Source of the DNA: a virus | Reading direction: 5' to 3' (one strand) | IMG/VR virus record: IMGVR_UViG_3300025117_000061 | Span: 12,111-76,110 of that record | DNA: 64,000 nucleotides | Position numbers and translations under genes: made by a program | The notes under the pieces: model-generated | What the model was told of the DNA's origin: nothing | What the model saw: only the letters and a program-made list of their open reading frames with translations | Databases searched by the model: none | In this document: positions 46,400 through 57,209 of the stretch, piece after piece | Position numbering within the stretch: position 1 is the first letter of the stretch | Layout of the letters: every line of letters begins with the position of its first letter

Positions 46400-49300
46400 T
46401 GGCTGAAAACCGGCTCACGAAGGAAATAGCTCTTCAAGGGAAATTGATCACGGCCCTTGACGGGACATTAGTCGGGACTAACTATGTTGCACTCAAAAAC
46501 TTGAGGTACACGGACGCCGGGCTAAAGGGGATTGCTGGTTGCACCAAGATCAACACCACGGCGTTGTCGTCTCATCCTCTTATTGACAACGCTTTTCACT
46601 TCACGAAGTCGCGCCCGGAAGAGAGTCATCTTTTGGTCCAGGCGTTCAACACAGCGGAGACGCAGAGCAAGATCTTCACAAACGATACGGCCATTCCCGG
46701 TCAAGGCGATTTCAATGCGGTAGCATTGCACACGGATTCCGCGGACGCATCTCGGGGGTATTTCTCCAAGGCTCCCAACGGGAACATGGCGTATTGCAAT
46801 TCGGCGGAATCGTGTATTTGGGGTGGAGACGAGCTAAAAATAGGGGCGTTTGTAAATTACGATCCGAATGGTACGTTCAAATACGACTACACCGATGCCC
46901 TTCGGAACAATTTGACCGATTCAGACAACATTGCCACCCTGCATACCATCGAGGGTGGGATCGACGTTTACACGCTCCTTCTCCTTTCCCTGAACAGCAA
47001 CGTTACCGATACGAGCCCAACCACGCCCCACACGGTCACGGATAACAACGTGACATGGGATACGACCAATAAGAAGTTTGGGACGGCTTCGGCGGCATTC
47101 GGAGGGGTCAATTCATATTTGACCATTCCCGACAACGCCGACTTCAACTGGACAGCCGGAACATTTACCTATGATAAATGGATCAGGACGACAAGCCTTG
47201 CCGCTGTCCAATGTCTCTATTGCCATTACACAGACGCCAACAACTGGTTCTCAATCGAGGTTACGACCACGGGGGCGGTGCGCATCAGGGTTGACGTGGC
47301 TGGAGTCGTCAGCACGATAGCTACCAGCGGAGCGGGGAAGATTGCGACGAATACATGGTATCACGTCGAAATCTCTGAAAGTGGGGATGCGTGGCGCATC
47401 TTCGTGAACGGAGACATGCTTGCAAGTGTCTCTTCGGCACTTCGGGCCGCAAACTACACCGGAGTCGTTCAAATCGGAAGATTTTACGACGGAGCAACCG
47501 ACCAATACTATTTCACCGGAAACATGGACGAGATTCGGCTGAGCAGCGTGGCTCGCCATACAAGGAACTTCAATCCTTCGAATCGTCCCTACAACAACAG
47601 CACGAACGAGGCTTATTGCTACGTTGGCTCCACCAGACCCATACAGTCGCTACGAGCATACATTCAAACCGCCAATGCGGTGAATGGAACGGTGTACGTT
47701 GATTACTGGAATGGATCTACGTGGACGGCGGTCGGAACCCTTGTTGACGGAACCAATGGATTGACCGAAACGGGGAGGATACTCTTCGATTCCACGGAAA
47801 CCCAGGCCAAACTCAGCATAATCGACATGGTTTCTCTGTACTGGTACAGGCTTTATATTTCGAATTCCACCAGCACGGCCCTGTACTATCTCACTGTTGA
47901 TGCCCCCTTCCAAACCATCAAGGACGTATGGGATGGAATCGAAAGGACAATAGCCTCGTGCCAGAAGAGCGAATCCGACAAATACGCCGATTACACCCTG
48001 AATGTTTTTGACACGACCTATGAGCCATCCACCACCACGACGTACTTGGATGTCGGGAGTATGGCCACGACGGATCATTTCGTGGTGGGGTTTCCGGACA
48101 GAATGATGGGGCTGCACATCTACATGCCGGGAGACATGACCAATGCGCAGGCCAACACCATTTGCACGGTATCCTACTGGAATGGAACGGCGTGGACGAG
48201 CGTAGGAAGGTTGAGTGATGCGACGAGTCATGAAGCCATTTCTCTTTCACGGTCGGGAGTCATTTCGTGGAATGCGCCGGCCAAATCTCTTGAGTTCACA
48301 CATATCATGGACGATCCGTCCCTGGCCGGGACATCTCCTGACCCGACATCCACGACACCCCCGGTTCTAAACCAGACGGATGTAACGTATTTTGGGCAGG
48401 TCCCCCTATACTTTTACAAGGTGTCCTTTGACCAGACAATCGATGCTGATACGAGAATTTACAACATAACCGGCATCCCGGCTCAAACGGAAATCGCACC
48501 TTACAAATTTCCGCTGTATGCTCTCGGCCGCTTGTTTCTTTGCAATCGGGTAGGCAGTAAGCCAAATGCCGCGATCTACTCGGCAACGGAAAGTGCCGAA
48601 GTTTTCAATGGAGATGATTCAGGCGAGCTGTATTTTGGAGACGAATCCAGCCTCATGGGAGGATCTTGGCTTTACAGCCAATTCGGGTCCAGCCTTTACA
48701 ACGTGGTGGTGTTCTTCAAGGCAAATGAAACATGGGTCATTGCCGGTAACTCTCCGGAGGATTGGGCCACGTATCAGGTATCGGCCTCCATCGGTTGTCC
48801 GTCTCCCAAGACGATTGTGACCACCAACGCACCCATTGAGCTCTATGCACAGTCGAATCGAACCATCACTATCTTCCAGGGATCGGCAGGCATTTACATC
48901 TTCGATGGTAAAGGGTTCGTTCCGATTCACACCGATATCGAGGATTGTTTCGATCAGAGATATTCCAACTCTATCAACCTGAGCGAGATACGAGAATCGG
49001 AAGCATTCTACGATCAAACCAAGGATGAATATCATTGGTGCTTTGCGTCAGGGACAAGCGCCACATGCGACCGAGAAATGGTTTACGACCTCAAGCGCAA
49101 ACGATGGTACGAGATTGACCGAGGAACAGGGAAATATCTTCAGACCGGGCTCCGCGTGAGATCGATCAAGGGAGCCGTCCACAACTACGGCATGATCGAC
49201 AGTGGATACGTTGTTCGGCTGGACAACGGGACCGATTTTGATGGAAACGACATCGTTCATGTGGTTGAGACCGGAGATATTGCACTCCACGAAGGAAGCA

Positions 49301-49596
49301 TTTGGGTCGTTACCAAAGTCAGGAATTTTATGTTTCATTGCGTGGCCAAGACCGTTACGACCAATACCGTGGCTTTGACTCACTACGGAGACACTTCGGC
49401 CACCGGAACCGCTTATACCCTTTCTCCGTCTCATGCCGGCTACCGGATTGCTTCCCCAAAGCTGAGCGAGAAGGACATGGGGGATTACGTGTATCACCGA
49501 TTCAAACTGTCCATGACGACGGACAATGAAGCCGTGGGGTTTGAGCCACTGTTTCTTGGAATCAAGTATTTGATAGTCCGGGAAGATACGAAATAG
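46399..49596 (+). CDS. tail nozzle / tail tubular B-like protein with inserted LamG domain
   Basis: GRLF, YSA, FFKANE, SIGCPSPKTIV, IYIFDG propeller motifs; LamG: KKFGTAS, NTWYHV, IFVNG, GNMDEIRLS. Confidence 0.75.
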   Translation: MAENRLTKEIALQGKLITALDGTLVGTNYVALKNLRYTDAGLKGIAGCTKINTTALSSHPLIDNAFHFTKSRPEESHLLVQAFNTAETQSKIFTNDTAIPGQGDFNAVALHTDSADASRGYFSKAPNGNMAYCNSAESCIWGGDELKIGAFVNYDPNGTFKYDYTDALRNNLTDSDNIATLHTIEGGIDVYTLLLLSLNSNVTDTSPTTPHTVTDNNVTWDTTNKKFGTASAAFGGVNSYLTIPDNADFNWTAGTFTYDKWIRTTSLAAVQCLYCHYTDANNWFSIEVTTTGAVRIRVDVAGVVSTIATSGAGKIATNTWYHVEISESGDAWRIFVNGDMLASVSSALRAANYTGVVQIGRFYDGATDQYYFTGNMDEIRLSSVARHTRNFNPSNRPYNNSTNEAYCYVGSTRPIQSLRAYIQTANAVNGTVYVDYWNGSTWTAVGTLVDGTNGLTETGRILFDSTETQAKLSIIDMVSLYWYRLYISNSTSTALYYLTVDAPFQTIKDVWDGIERTIASCQKSESDKYADYTLNVFDTTYEPSTTTTYLDVGSMATTDHFVVGFPDRMMGLHIYMPGDMTNAQANTICTVSYWNGTAWTSVGRLSDATSHEAISLSRSGVISWNAPAKSLEFTHIMDDPSLAGTSPDPTSTTPPVLNQTDVTYFGQVPLYFYKVSFDQTIDADTRIYNITGIPAQTEIAPYKFPLYALGRLFLCNRVGSKPNAAIYSATESAEVFNGDDSGELYFGDESSLMGGSWLYSQFGSSLYNVVVFFKANETWVIAGNSPEDWATYQVSASIGCPSPKTIVTTNAPIELYAQSNRTITIFQGSAGIYIFDGKGFVPIHTDIEDCFDQRYSNSINLSEIRESEAFYDQTKDEYHWCFASGTSATCDREMVYDLKRKRWYEIDRGTGKYLQTGLRVRSIKGAVHNYGMIDSGYVVRLDNGTDFDGNDIVHVVETGDIALHEGSIWVVTKVRNFMFHCVAKTVTTNTVALTHYGDTSATGTAYTLSPSHAGYRIASPKLSEKDMGDYVYHRFKLSMTTDNEAVGFEPLFLGIKYLIVREDTK

Positions 49597-49608
49597 AAGG
49601 AGCATGAA

Positions 49609-50406
49609 ATGCCTGATGCTGGAGCTTCTGGAGGTGCCGAGGGCGCCGGGGGCGGACTCGGAGACGGAACCGCTGGAATGGGTGATTCTGGATATGGCGG
49701 CGGTGGAGATGTTGGCGGCGGCGGTTACGGAGACGGTGGTGGCTATGGCGGCGGCGGGCTTGGTGCGGGTGATGTTGCTGGAACCGGTTTGGGAGCCATG
49801 GATGTTGGGGCTCAGTCTGCCGGCGCACCCGGAGCTGGTGCAAGTGGGGCACAGGGGATTGGTGCCTCTACTGGAGCTGGGGAGGAATTTTCGATTTCTC
49901 AATATGCAAAAGGTTTTTTTTCAAAAGCCAAAACAATGATGGGATACGTTACCAACCCGATAGGAAGCCTTATGGGCCCGACGCAGATAGGAATAGCGCC
50001 CAACACTCCACCTTCAAAAATGGACGCGGCTATTGGGATGAGAGACAAGCAACTAGGCTGGGGAGGTGCCGCAAAAACCGTTGGGGCCGCTATTGGCAGT
50101 GTGATGGGTCCCGCCGGAACTGCATTGGGGGGGAGGGTGGCTGAACTTGGCGGCATGACGGCTGCAAGTCTAACCGATTTGGATGCAGCTTCCCTGACCA
50201 CCGGTCCACTCGGGACCCACGATCCCGCCGCCGTGGCAAACTTCAATAGCATGATGGCCGACTCTCAACCCGGGGGTGGCGGATCAGAAGGCACGATATT
50301 GGATGAAATGAGGAAGAAAAGCGGGCTCCCGGCGATATCTCCAGCGACATATCAGCGGCCGGCCATAATGTCGCCACAGGCAAGAGCGGTGTATCAGAAC
50401 CGATAA
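49609..50406 (+). CDS. Gly-rich internal virion (ejection) protein
   Basis: position after nozzle; G/D/Y low-complexity N-terminus. Confidence 0.6.
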   Translation: MPDAGASGGAEGAGGGLGDGTAGMGDSGYGGGGDVGGGGYGDGGGYGGGGLGAGDVAGTGLGAMDVGAQSAGAPGAGASGAQGIGASTGAGEEFSISQYAKGFFSKAKTMMGYVTNPIGSLMGPTQIGIAPNTPPSKMDAAIGMRDKQLGWGGAAKTVGAAIGSVMGPAGTALGGRVAELGGMTAASLTDLDAASLTTGPLGTHDPAAVANFNSMMADSQPGGGGSEGTILDEMRKKSGLPAISPATYQRPAIMSPQARAVYQNR

Positions 50407-50421
50407 AAAGGAGGCCTTGAT

Positions 50422-51150
50422 ATGGCTGAAGGATATCAGCAAACCCTTTCTCCGCAAGTCCTGTCACAGATCAACGCACATTTGCGTCAGGTCAAGGCTT
50501 CCGGCCGTCCCGTTACAGACGCCGATATTCGAGCGGCTTATGCCGCGGCCTTGGACGTCGAGGCCGGGCGAGCTTTGCAGAATCGCGGCCAGGCTATTCA
50601 ACAGGAGCAGTGGAAGAAAACGTATGAGCTTCAAAAGAAAGCCCTGGCCGATCAAAAAGACGCAGCCACGATGACGGGTGTCGCCACCATAGGCAGTGCC
50701 TTGTGGCAGATGGGCGGCAAGGAAGCGATCATGGGAGGAATAAACAAGCTTCGAGGGACCCCGGCCGTTGGAACAGGAGGGGCTCAAACTCAAGTTCCAA
50801 CGGGAGTTGGAGGGGTTGTGGCTCCGCAGAATCCGGTTTCGGCCTTAGCCCCGACATCTACCCCTTCTATGCTTCAAGATGCCGGACCATCCAACATTCA
50901 GCCCGCAGGCTCCCCCGCCGTGGGCGCTGGGGCACCCGGCGGGGGAGCCATGGAATTCGCCAAGGATTGGGTTCTACCGGGAGTAGTCGGCTCGGGAATA
51001 GGATACGGAGTCAAATCCCTTACCGGGTCCACGGCGGCGGGAGTAGCGGTCGGGGCCGGCATTGGTGCCATTGGTGGGTATGCAATGGAGGGTGATGTTG
51101 TTGGCGGGCTCGTCGGAGGACTTCTCGGCGGCGTGGGCGGCTTCTTTTAG
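50422..51150 (+). CDS. ejection protein with C-terminal glycine zipper
   Basis: GAGIGAIGG...GGLVGGLLGGVGGFF. Confidence 0.6.
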   Translation: MAEGYQQTLSPQVLSQINAHLRQVKASGRPVTDADIRAAYAAALDVEAGRALQNRGQAIQQEQWKKTYELQKKALADQKDAATMTGVATIGSALWQMGGKEAIMGGINKLRGTPAVGTGGAQTQVPTGVGGVVAPQNPVSALAPTSTPSMLQDAGPSNIQPAGSPAVGAGAPGGGAMEFAKDWVLPGVVGSGIGYGVKSLTGSTAAGVAVGAGIGAIGGYAMEGDVVGGLVGGLLGGVGGFF

Positions 51151-51162
51151 GGAGGTACGATC

Positions 51163-52716
51163 ATGGGATTTCTTGATGCGGTAGGTCGGGCCTCCCCGGC
51201 GATCATGAGCAACATCGGCCAAATGAAGCAGATGGCCATTCAGGACGAGCAGGAGAAGCGTGAGGCCGTAAAGTTTCAGTATCTTCAAAAGAAGATGGCC
51301 GACGAAGAAGCGGAAGAAAGCAAGCCCATTCCCTTGGCTCTTTTGCAAACCACCCCACTTGCTCAACATCCGAGGGCATTCAACCTCCTCCTGGAAAATG
51401 CGCGACAAAATGGCTCCATTCAGAAGACGATAGGCGGGGAAGAGTTCATTACCAAGAAAAACATGAAAGGCGTGCTTGACACCATGAAGCTCGGGACCGA
51501 AGCCGGAAACGCCTGGATTGGTGAGTTGGTGAACGATAAGAAGGCACAGGTTGCCAATCTTTACCAGACCATGCAGAGCGGTAAGGTAAAGAAGCCGGAA
51601 GAGTTGGAGCAACTCAAGAAACAGTATTCGGCGGCCACGGAGGACCTGATAGAGCTCACCCGCATCAGCGACCCCGATTTTATCAAGGAGTACGTGAAGA
51701 CTCAGGAACAGATGAAACGGGTTGCATACGAGCAGCAGACGAAGCCGCCTCATGTTGAATCCTTCATCCAAGGAGATGAACAGGTCCAGGGTCAATGGAA
51801 TCCAACGACGAGGCAATGGGAACAGGTTGGGAAGGGGCCTCGTAGAATTGAATCAGATACCGAGATATCCCTGACAAACAAAGCACTCCAAGGTGACCCT
51901 CAATCAAAGGCTATTCTGGATAGCATGGAGGAGCGGAAATCTAGGATTGCAGCGGCCACAACCGAAGCCAGACAAGGTGCCTTGAGCAAAAGTGGATTTG
52001 CAAGTCTTCCGCTGGATGAGAAGGAAATCTATTACCAAGCATACTCTGTAGACAAGCAGGCCCTTCCTCCGTTTGCGTATCGAGACATAGATGGAAGGAA
52101 TGCATTTCTGAGTGGGTATTCGGCCTGGGAAAAATCCCAAGGGAAAACGGGGAGGGATATTGTCGCTGGACGAGCCGAGCAGAAGTCTCTCACGACATCG
52201 CTAACGACACAGGAAAAAGCTCGTGGGATGATGGGTGGATTTGCCCGAAATATCGAGAAGCAGATAGACCGGGTCTCAGAGGTCGGGAATAGTCTAGTGG
52301 ATAGAGTTGGTGTTCGTGCGTTGGACATGCCAATGAGGAAACTGAAAACGTCTGTCGTTGGGAGCGGAAACGAACGGATAGTTGAGGCATATCTCACTGA
52401 AATAAGCAATGAAATAGGAAAGTTGTCAACTGGATCACAAGCTTCAATAGCCGAGCTTTCTGTCGGGGCTCAGGAAAAATGGGCAAAAATTCACGACCCG
52501 AATCTCTCCTTCAATGAACTCAAGAAGATCCTTGAAGAAACTAGAGATATGGCAAGAATGAGGATCGAAAGCGCGGACGAAGAACTAAGGGCCACTAAGG
52601 ACAAGATGTCTGGGGGCAGCACTGGTGGAGGCCAACCACCCAAGGGTTCAGGCTCGCCTGGGGTGTCTAGGGATGCGGCCATGGCCGAACTTCGAAGGAG
52701 AGGGCTGGTTCAATAA
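51163..52716 (+). CDS. internal virion (ejection) protein, helical
   Basis: 517 aa; ends [10 protein letters not shown]; GGAGG SD. Confidence 0.65.
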   Translation: MGFLDAVGRASPAIMSNIGQMKQMAIQDEQEKREAVKFQYLQKKMADEEAEESKPIPLALLQTTPLAQHPRAFNLLLENARQNGSIQKTIGGEEFITKKNMKGVLDTMKLGTEAGNAWIGELVNDKKAQVANLYQTMQSGKVKKPEELEQLKKQYSAATEDLIELTRISDPDFIKEYVKTQEQMKRVAYEQQTKPPHVESFIQGDEQVQGQWNPTTRQWEQVGKGPRRIESDTEISLTNKALQGDPQSKAILDSMEERKSRIAAATTEARQGALSKSGFASLPLDEKEIYYQAYSVDKQALPPFAYRDIDGRNAFLSGYSAWEKSQGKTGRDIVAGRAEQKSLTTSLTTQEKARGMMGGFARNIEKQIDRVSEVGNSLVDRVGVRALDMPMRKLKTSVVGSGNERIVEAYLTEISNEIGKLSTGSQASIAELSVGAQEKWAKIHDPNLSFNELKKILEETRDMARMRIESADEELRATKDKMSGGSTGGGQPPKGSGSPGVSRDAAMAELRRRGLVQ

Positions 52717-54977
52717 TGGATCTGTCAAAAGTATCCGATGAAGACCTGATAAGGGCGGCTGGTCTTAGCGTTAAGGAATCGGCCGACATTCTTGCCAGAA
52801 AGCACGGAATACCTAAGCCGTTGGCGCATTCATTGATCGGCCAAGAGTCTGAATGGAACCAGAAGGCAGTATCTCCCAAGGGCGCAATGGGGCTAACGCA
52901 GTTGATGCCGGGCACGGCCAAGGATTTAGGCGTCAATCCAAAAGATCCCATCGACAATCTGAGCGGCGGATTCAGATATCTTAAGGCACAGAAGGACAAG
53001 TTTGGCGGCTGGCACGATGCTCTTTGGGCATACAACGCTGGACCTGAAAGGGTTAAGCAGGGATTCATGCCGGACGAAACCAAGAACTATCTTTCAAGGA
53101 TAGCCGAGAAGGTTTCCAGGTTTGCATCTCCATCCGAGGCTCAAGCGGCTGAGATTCCGAGCGTGGGCAATCTCAATTTGTCGGAACCACAGCCATCAGT
53201 CCAAGGCAATATCGACTATAACACGAGACCAATCGTCAGAAATGCAGACGGGACAACAAGCACTGTGAAGTCCATTAGTTTTGGAACCGATCAGGGCGAA
53301 GTCCTAGTTCCAACAATTTCCGACGATGGCAGGGAAATGTCACCAGAAGAGGCCATCAATCAATACAGGAAAACCGGAAAGCACCTTGGAATTTTCAAAA
53401 CACCGGAGGAGGCAACCAGATACGCAGAACTGCATCATGCTGAGATGGGCCCCCAAGACTTGTCGGGCATGTCAGACGAGGATCTTGCCAAAATAGCAGG
53501 AGTGGATCTGTCGTCCATGTCGGATGAGGATTTGTTCAAGGCTGCCGGGATAGAGGCACCATCATCTACCAACCAAGGAATAGACTCATCCGTAAAGCCA
53601 GATCTAAACCAAAGGATTAAGGAACGATACGGCGCAAACATCCCTGGTGCCCCTACTCAGGAAGAGGTCGATTCCCCAGATCTACAAAAACGTCTTTCTG
53701 TCATGGCCAGGCCAGTCTTGGCTGGTACTGGAGCGGTTATAGGAGGCATGGCCGGAACGGGTGCGGCAGGTCCGGCAGGTGCCCCACTTGGTGCCGGTCT
53801 TGGATACTCAATAGGAAACCGTGCGGCAGATATCGTTGAAGGAAAACCTCGGACTGTCGGAGAGGCATCGGTTCAATCAGTTAAGGACGTTGCCGAGGGC
53901 GGAATGACTGAGATGACCGGAATGGGAGCCATCAAGGTAATACAAAAGGGAGCGGCTGGAGTATCTCAAGTAGTCCGGCAGATTCTTGGAAGAATGAGTG
54001 GAACCGGAACCGGGGCAGTCGAAGAAGCTTTGAAGGGATCTCCGGATTTTACCAAGGCCATGCGAGGTGAGATCAGCGGAGATGATGTGGTGAAAAACGC
54101 AAAGAATGCTCTCTCCGCTATCAAGGATCAGCGTAGCGCGGCGTATCAAGTGAAATTGGAGGAGATATCAAAGAATAATCCACCCATAGACACGAGACCG
54201 GCATGGGGCAAACTAAAAGATCTCATGGATCGGTACAACATAAAAATTAAGCCAGATGGCAGCATTGACACTTCAAGAATAGCCATGGGTTCGTCCGGGA
54301 GAAGAGACATTGCTGACACCATAGAAACTCTCCGTAGCTGGGGCACCAAGCCAGGAGACAACACGGCCATTGGCCTTGATACGCTAAAACGCCAACTGGA
54401 TGATTTTTATTCCGATTCTTCCCAAGCCAGGCAATTTGTAGCAACGGCAAGGAATATGGTCAAGGATCTCATTGTAAAGAATGTTCCGAAGTATGCCGAA
54501 ATGACGGCTGAATATGCCGATGCGACCAAGCTCATAAAAGATGTGGAAGCCGGTTTGATGCTCAGAAAACAAGGGATGAGCGGAAGGATAGTGGCAGATC
54601 AAACGCTTAGGCGATTAGTGTCTTCCATGAGGGATAATTTCGCTCTTAGGCGCGACTTGGTAAACGTTCTTGGAGAAAAAGCCAAGGAAGATTTATCGGG
54701 CCAAATAGCTGGCCATGCCATGAATGCATGGATTCCAAGGGGACTGTCTGGAACTGGACCAGCGATAATCGGAGAAGCCGCTCTCGCCAAGTTTGTAAGT
54801 CCAGCTTTCTGGCCCGTATTGGTGGCAAGCTCTCCACGAGTGCAAGGTGAATTCCTTAGAGCCTACGGGAAAGCATTGGCGGAAACATCCGGCCTGACAG
54901 TTCCTGTTGTCAAAGCCATAGCATATAAATCCGTTATTGACGAGCCGCAAGAATTCTCTCAAGAAGGGAAGCCATGA
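52716..54977 (+). CDS. internal virion protein with lytic transglycosylase (SLT) domain
   Basis: [31 protein letters not shown]. Confidence 0.88.
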   Translation: MDLSKVSDEDLIRAAGLSVKESADILARKHGIPKPLAHSLIGQESEWNQKAVSPKGAMGLTQLMPGTAKDLGVNPKDPIDNLSGGFRYLKAQKDKFGGWHDALWAYNAGPERVKQGFMPDETKNYLSRIAEKVSRFASPSEAQAAEIPSVGNLNLSEPQPSVQGNIDYNTRPIVRNADGTTSTVKSISFGTDQGEVLVPTISDDGREMSPEEAINQYRKTGKHLGIFKTPEEATRYAELHHAEMGPQDLSGMSDEDLAKIAGVDLSSMSDEDLFKAAGIEAPSSTNQGIDSSVKPDLNQRIKERYGANIPGAPTQEEVDSPDLQKRLSVMARPVLAGTGAVIGGMAGTGAAGPAGAPLGAGLGYSIGNRAADIVEGKPRTVGEASVQSVKDVAEGGMTEMTGMGAIKVIQKGAAGVSQVVRQILGRMSGTGTGAVEEALKGSPDFTKAMRGEISGDDVVKNAKNALSAIKDQRSAAYQVKLEEISKNNPPIDTRPAWGKLKDLMDRYNIKIKPDGSIDTSRIAMGSSGRRDIADTIETLRSWGTKPGDNTAIGLDTLKRQLDDFYSDSSQARQFVATARNMVKDLIVKNVPKYAEMTAEYADATKLIKDVEAGLMLRKQGMSGRIVADQTLRRLVSSMRDNFALRRDLVNVLGEKAKEDLSGQIAGHAMNAWIPRGLSGTGPAIIGEAALAKFVSPAFWPVLVASSPRVQGEFLRAYGKALAETSGLTVPVVKAIAYKSVIDEPQEFSQEGKP

Positions 54978-56857
54978 AATACATCCACCAAGATCACTAT
55001 TGCGATGGGAATGGCCGGGTAATCCAGGGCGGGACCGTGACCGTCTACCTTGCGGGGACCAGCACGCTCGCGAACATTTACTCCTCGGCCGATTCGACCA
55101 CGCCCATTTCCGGAAGCACGGTAACTACCGCCATCGACGGGCTCTATACCTTCTACGTCTCGGCCTTCGATTATGATTACGATCAGGAATTCAAGCTCGT
55201 ATTCTCGAAAACGAACTACTCCACCACCACCTATGACAAGGTTCTGATCAAGACCCCCGTCATTCAGACCTATGTCATTTCTACCAACACCACCGTTTCG
55301 GCAAAAATCAAGGACATCCCCTACGGCGTGCTTATCTCCCCGGCGAACGGGGTTACCATCACTTTCTCGGGCTCCTTCGAAGTCGAGGGCCACAAGATTT
55401 TCGATACGAGCGCCGCCGGGACCGTGTTGATTACCGGAGCCAACAAAATCAAGATGTCTTGGTGGGGGACCAACAGTGTGGCTATGAATAAGTGCTTTAC
55501 GTCCGTGGCCAATCGGGACGGCATCCGGGTCACTTTTGACGAGGCAGCCTATACGGTTGAGAGTACGGTAAACGTTCGTCCTGGAGAGAGAAGATTCTAT
55601 GTCGATGCTCAAATGGCCGCATTCACCGGAAGTCTCGATGACGACTGGTTCGATATCCAGTACGGCGACGCCGGGGTTACAAACAACCGTTTCCTGCTTT
55701 GGGATGGAGGATATTTCATAAACGGTACCATGGGGACATCCTGCTTGTTCAAGATGCTCAAGACGAGACAGTCTAAGATCTGGAACGTTCATGGCGATGG
55801 GTTCTATTACGGGGCATGGGTTGACTACGGGGAAACGGTCAGTATCGAGTACAACATGTTCCTCGGATGTTACTACCCGGTGTATGTGGCTCCAAACGCA
55901 GACTTTAGGACACAGAATCTCACCGTCAGGAAGAACACTTTCACAAGTGGAGCCGGGTACGTTGGGGGGGCCGCCGTTCGCGTGGTGGGGCGGTTCAGGT
56001 CTCTCGATATCATGGACAATACGTTTGATTCGGAATTCTCCGAAGCCACGATGAACATTGATGATGCTCCTATCGGGTCAACCGGGAATCCCGACAGCAC
56101 GGTAACGATCAACTCGAATCACATAGAAGGGTTCAGTGATTCGGCACAAGCCAGAACCGTTCTTAAAATAAATAACGTGGCTGGAATCGGGGTCGGGTGC
56201 CTGGAATATTGCGGGAACATGATGAGCACGACGGCCGCCGACGCTCCATACACTGCAACATATCTCGACCTTGAGAAAGTTCTTTACGCCAACATCGACA
56301 CCAACCCGTTCTATGCAAGTGGCGCCGGCAACACTCTTGTCGGGGTAAATCTCGATGCCGATTGCACCAACATCCACATAGGCCCGGGGAATGACTGGAC
56401 GACCACAAGTGGATGGAATCGAACCACGACGGTGGTTCACGCATGTCCAAGAAATGAAATCACCTTCGGTCATTCCATGCTCCCTCAGCAGAACATCGTT
56501 ACCGGGTACACCGGGGTTGAAAATTTTAGCACTGATGGACCAAGCGCGATGTCCATGGTTACGTTGATCGGGGCATCCAATTATCCTCTCTTCTACGCTC
56601 GCCAATACATCCTGAAAGTAAGAGTCAGGGATAGCGGATCTGCGGGGGCTCCGTGCTCTCTCGTGATAAAGGACGATGATGCGACCGATAACGCCTTTGC
56701 CATCAACATCAACCTGGAGGGGGTGGGGAATGACGTTTGGAAGGAAGTGACCCAACCCGTGACTTGTTCGGCCACGGGCGGGCTTCGAATGACCAGGACT
56801 GCAACCGGGGTTGATACAATGAACATAGAGTTGGTGGTGCTCGGTTATTCGATGTAG
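54974..56857 (+). CDS. tailspike / tail fibre (virion-anchored, beta-helix)
   Basis: N-terminal [25 protein letters not shown] anchor domain; Asn-rich beta-helix coils; no signal peptide. Confidence 0.75.
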   Translation: MKYIHQDHYCDGNGRVIQGGTVTVYLAGTSTLANIYSSADSTTPISGSTVTTAIDGLYTFYVSAFDYDYDQEFKLVFSKTNYSTTTYDKVLIKTPVIQTYVISTNTTVSAKIKDIPYGVLISPANGVTITFSGSFEVEGHKIFDTSAAGTVLITGANKIKMSWWGTNSVAMNKCFTSVANRDGIRVTFDEAAYTVESTVNVRPGERRFYVDAQMAAFTGSLDDDWFDIQYGDAGVTNNRFLLWDGGYFINGTMGTSCLFKMLKTRQSKIWNVHGDGFYYGAWVDYGETVSIEYNMFLGCYYPVYVAPNADFRTQNLTVRKNTFTSGAGYVGGAAVRVVGRFRSLDIMDNTFDSEFSEATMNIDDAPIGSTGNPDSTVTINSNHIEGFSDSAQARTVLKINNVAGIGVGCLEYCGNMMSTTAADAPYTATYLDLEKVLYANIDTNPFYASGAGNTLVGVNLDADCTNIHIGPGNDWTTTSGWNRTTTVVHACPRNEITFGHSMLPQQNIVTGYTGVENFSTDGPSAMSMVTLIGASNYPLFYARQYILKVRVRDSGSAGAPCSLVIKDDDATDNAFAININLEGVGNDVWKEVTQPVTCSATGGLRMTRTATGVDTMNIELVVLGYSM

Positions 56858-56888
56858 CCGTGGTATCCCCCTTTCCGAAGGAGACGAA

Positions 56889-57182
56889 ATGGCAAATGCA
56901 ATGACAGGAAGAGTGTGGGTGTTGGATACGGCGGGAACGATCTGGACCGGCCCCATCTTTATTTCGAAAATGGAATATCATCCCAACGCGGCGGACAATG
57001 ATCTTGTCGTCAAGGACACCCGCGGGTTTCCCATTTGGCCACCCATTCGAGCCATAGCCTCATCCGCTGCCCATGAAACAATCGGAATCGAGAAATGGGA
57101 GAACCCCAGTCCGGAAGTTCCTTTCGATGGGCTCGTGCTCACCACTATCGATGGCGGTACGCTTTACGTCACCATAAACTGA
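56889..57182 (+). CDS. small beta-rich tail-associated protein
   Basis: AAGGAG SD; ends FDGLVLTTIDGGTLYV. Confidence 0.65.
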   Translation: MANAMTGRVWVLDTAGTIWTGPIFISKMEYHPNAADNDLVVKDTRGFPIWPPIRAIASSAAHETIGIEKWENPSPEVPFDGLVLTTIDGGTLYVTIN

Positions 57183-57209
57183 TGTAAGGTATTTCAAGGA
57201 GATGATGAT

